Below are positions 63,825-64,000 of a stretch of 64,000 bases of DNA, piece after piece. The notes beneath the pieces are model-generated. The model saw nothing but the letters and a program-made list of their open reading frames with translations, was not told the DNA's origin and did no database searches. The number at the start of each line of letters is the position of its first letter. Position 1 is the stretch's first letter. Source of the DNA: Callorhinchus milii (Eukaryota); the NCBI RefSeq assembly GCF_018977255.1, contig NW_024704742.1, positions 54,190,001-54,254,000 on the forward strand. The letters are read 5' to 3'. A program made the translations under genes and the position numbers.

Positions 63825-64000
63825 CAATACAATACAAAATTACAGTTAGTGTTTAGGAACCAAGTGAGGGGGGAGGAGGGTTTGGGATCAGAGAGGTGGA
63901 GGACAGAGAGGAGAGTGGCCGAAGGCATGGTCGAAGAGGAGGGTCTTGAGAGTGCCTTGAAAGAAGCAAGGGAGGGAGCAAGGTGAAGGGATTATGGGAT
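63825..64000 (-). mobile_element. L2 3' end running off the window
   Basis: Matches 39340-39480 and 43370-43500. Confidence 0.85.

Overview
This is eukaryotic, AT-rich, repeat-dense vertebrate DNA. The repeats (tRNA-headed Deu-domain SINEs, L2 and CR1 LINEs) point to a cartilaginous fish, possibly a chimaera; that assignment is an inference. The only host coding sequence I can support is one 75-nt internal exon of TUSC3 (11633-11707, + strand). Its acceptor has a U12-type (minor spliceosome) branch point and no polypyrimidine tract. I found neither neighbouring TUSC3 exon by eye, so the rest of the window is probably intron. That intron holds about 14 tRNA-Ala/Deu SINE copies in several subfamilies, older SacSINE1-like SINEs, many L2 and CR1 fragments, an RTE-like RT fossil, a PIF/Harbinger transposase fossil, a Tigger/pogo-like MITE pair, one hAT end, a probable Helitron-like element, several hairpins and two local inverted duplications. 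Most ORFs in the supplied track are spurious or transposon-derived, and the track misses the real exon. I see no evidence of a new multi-gene system. The best leads are the minor-intron context, the hairpins, SINE tail switching towards the L2 partner, and the templated inverted duplications.
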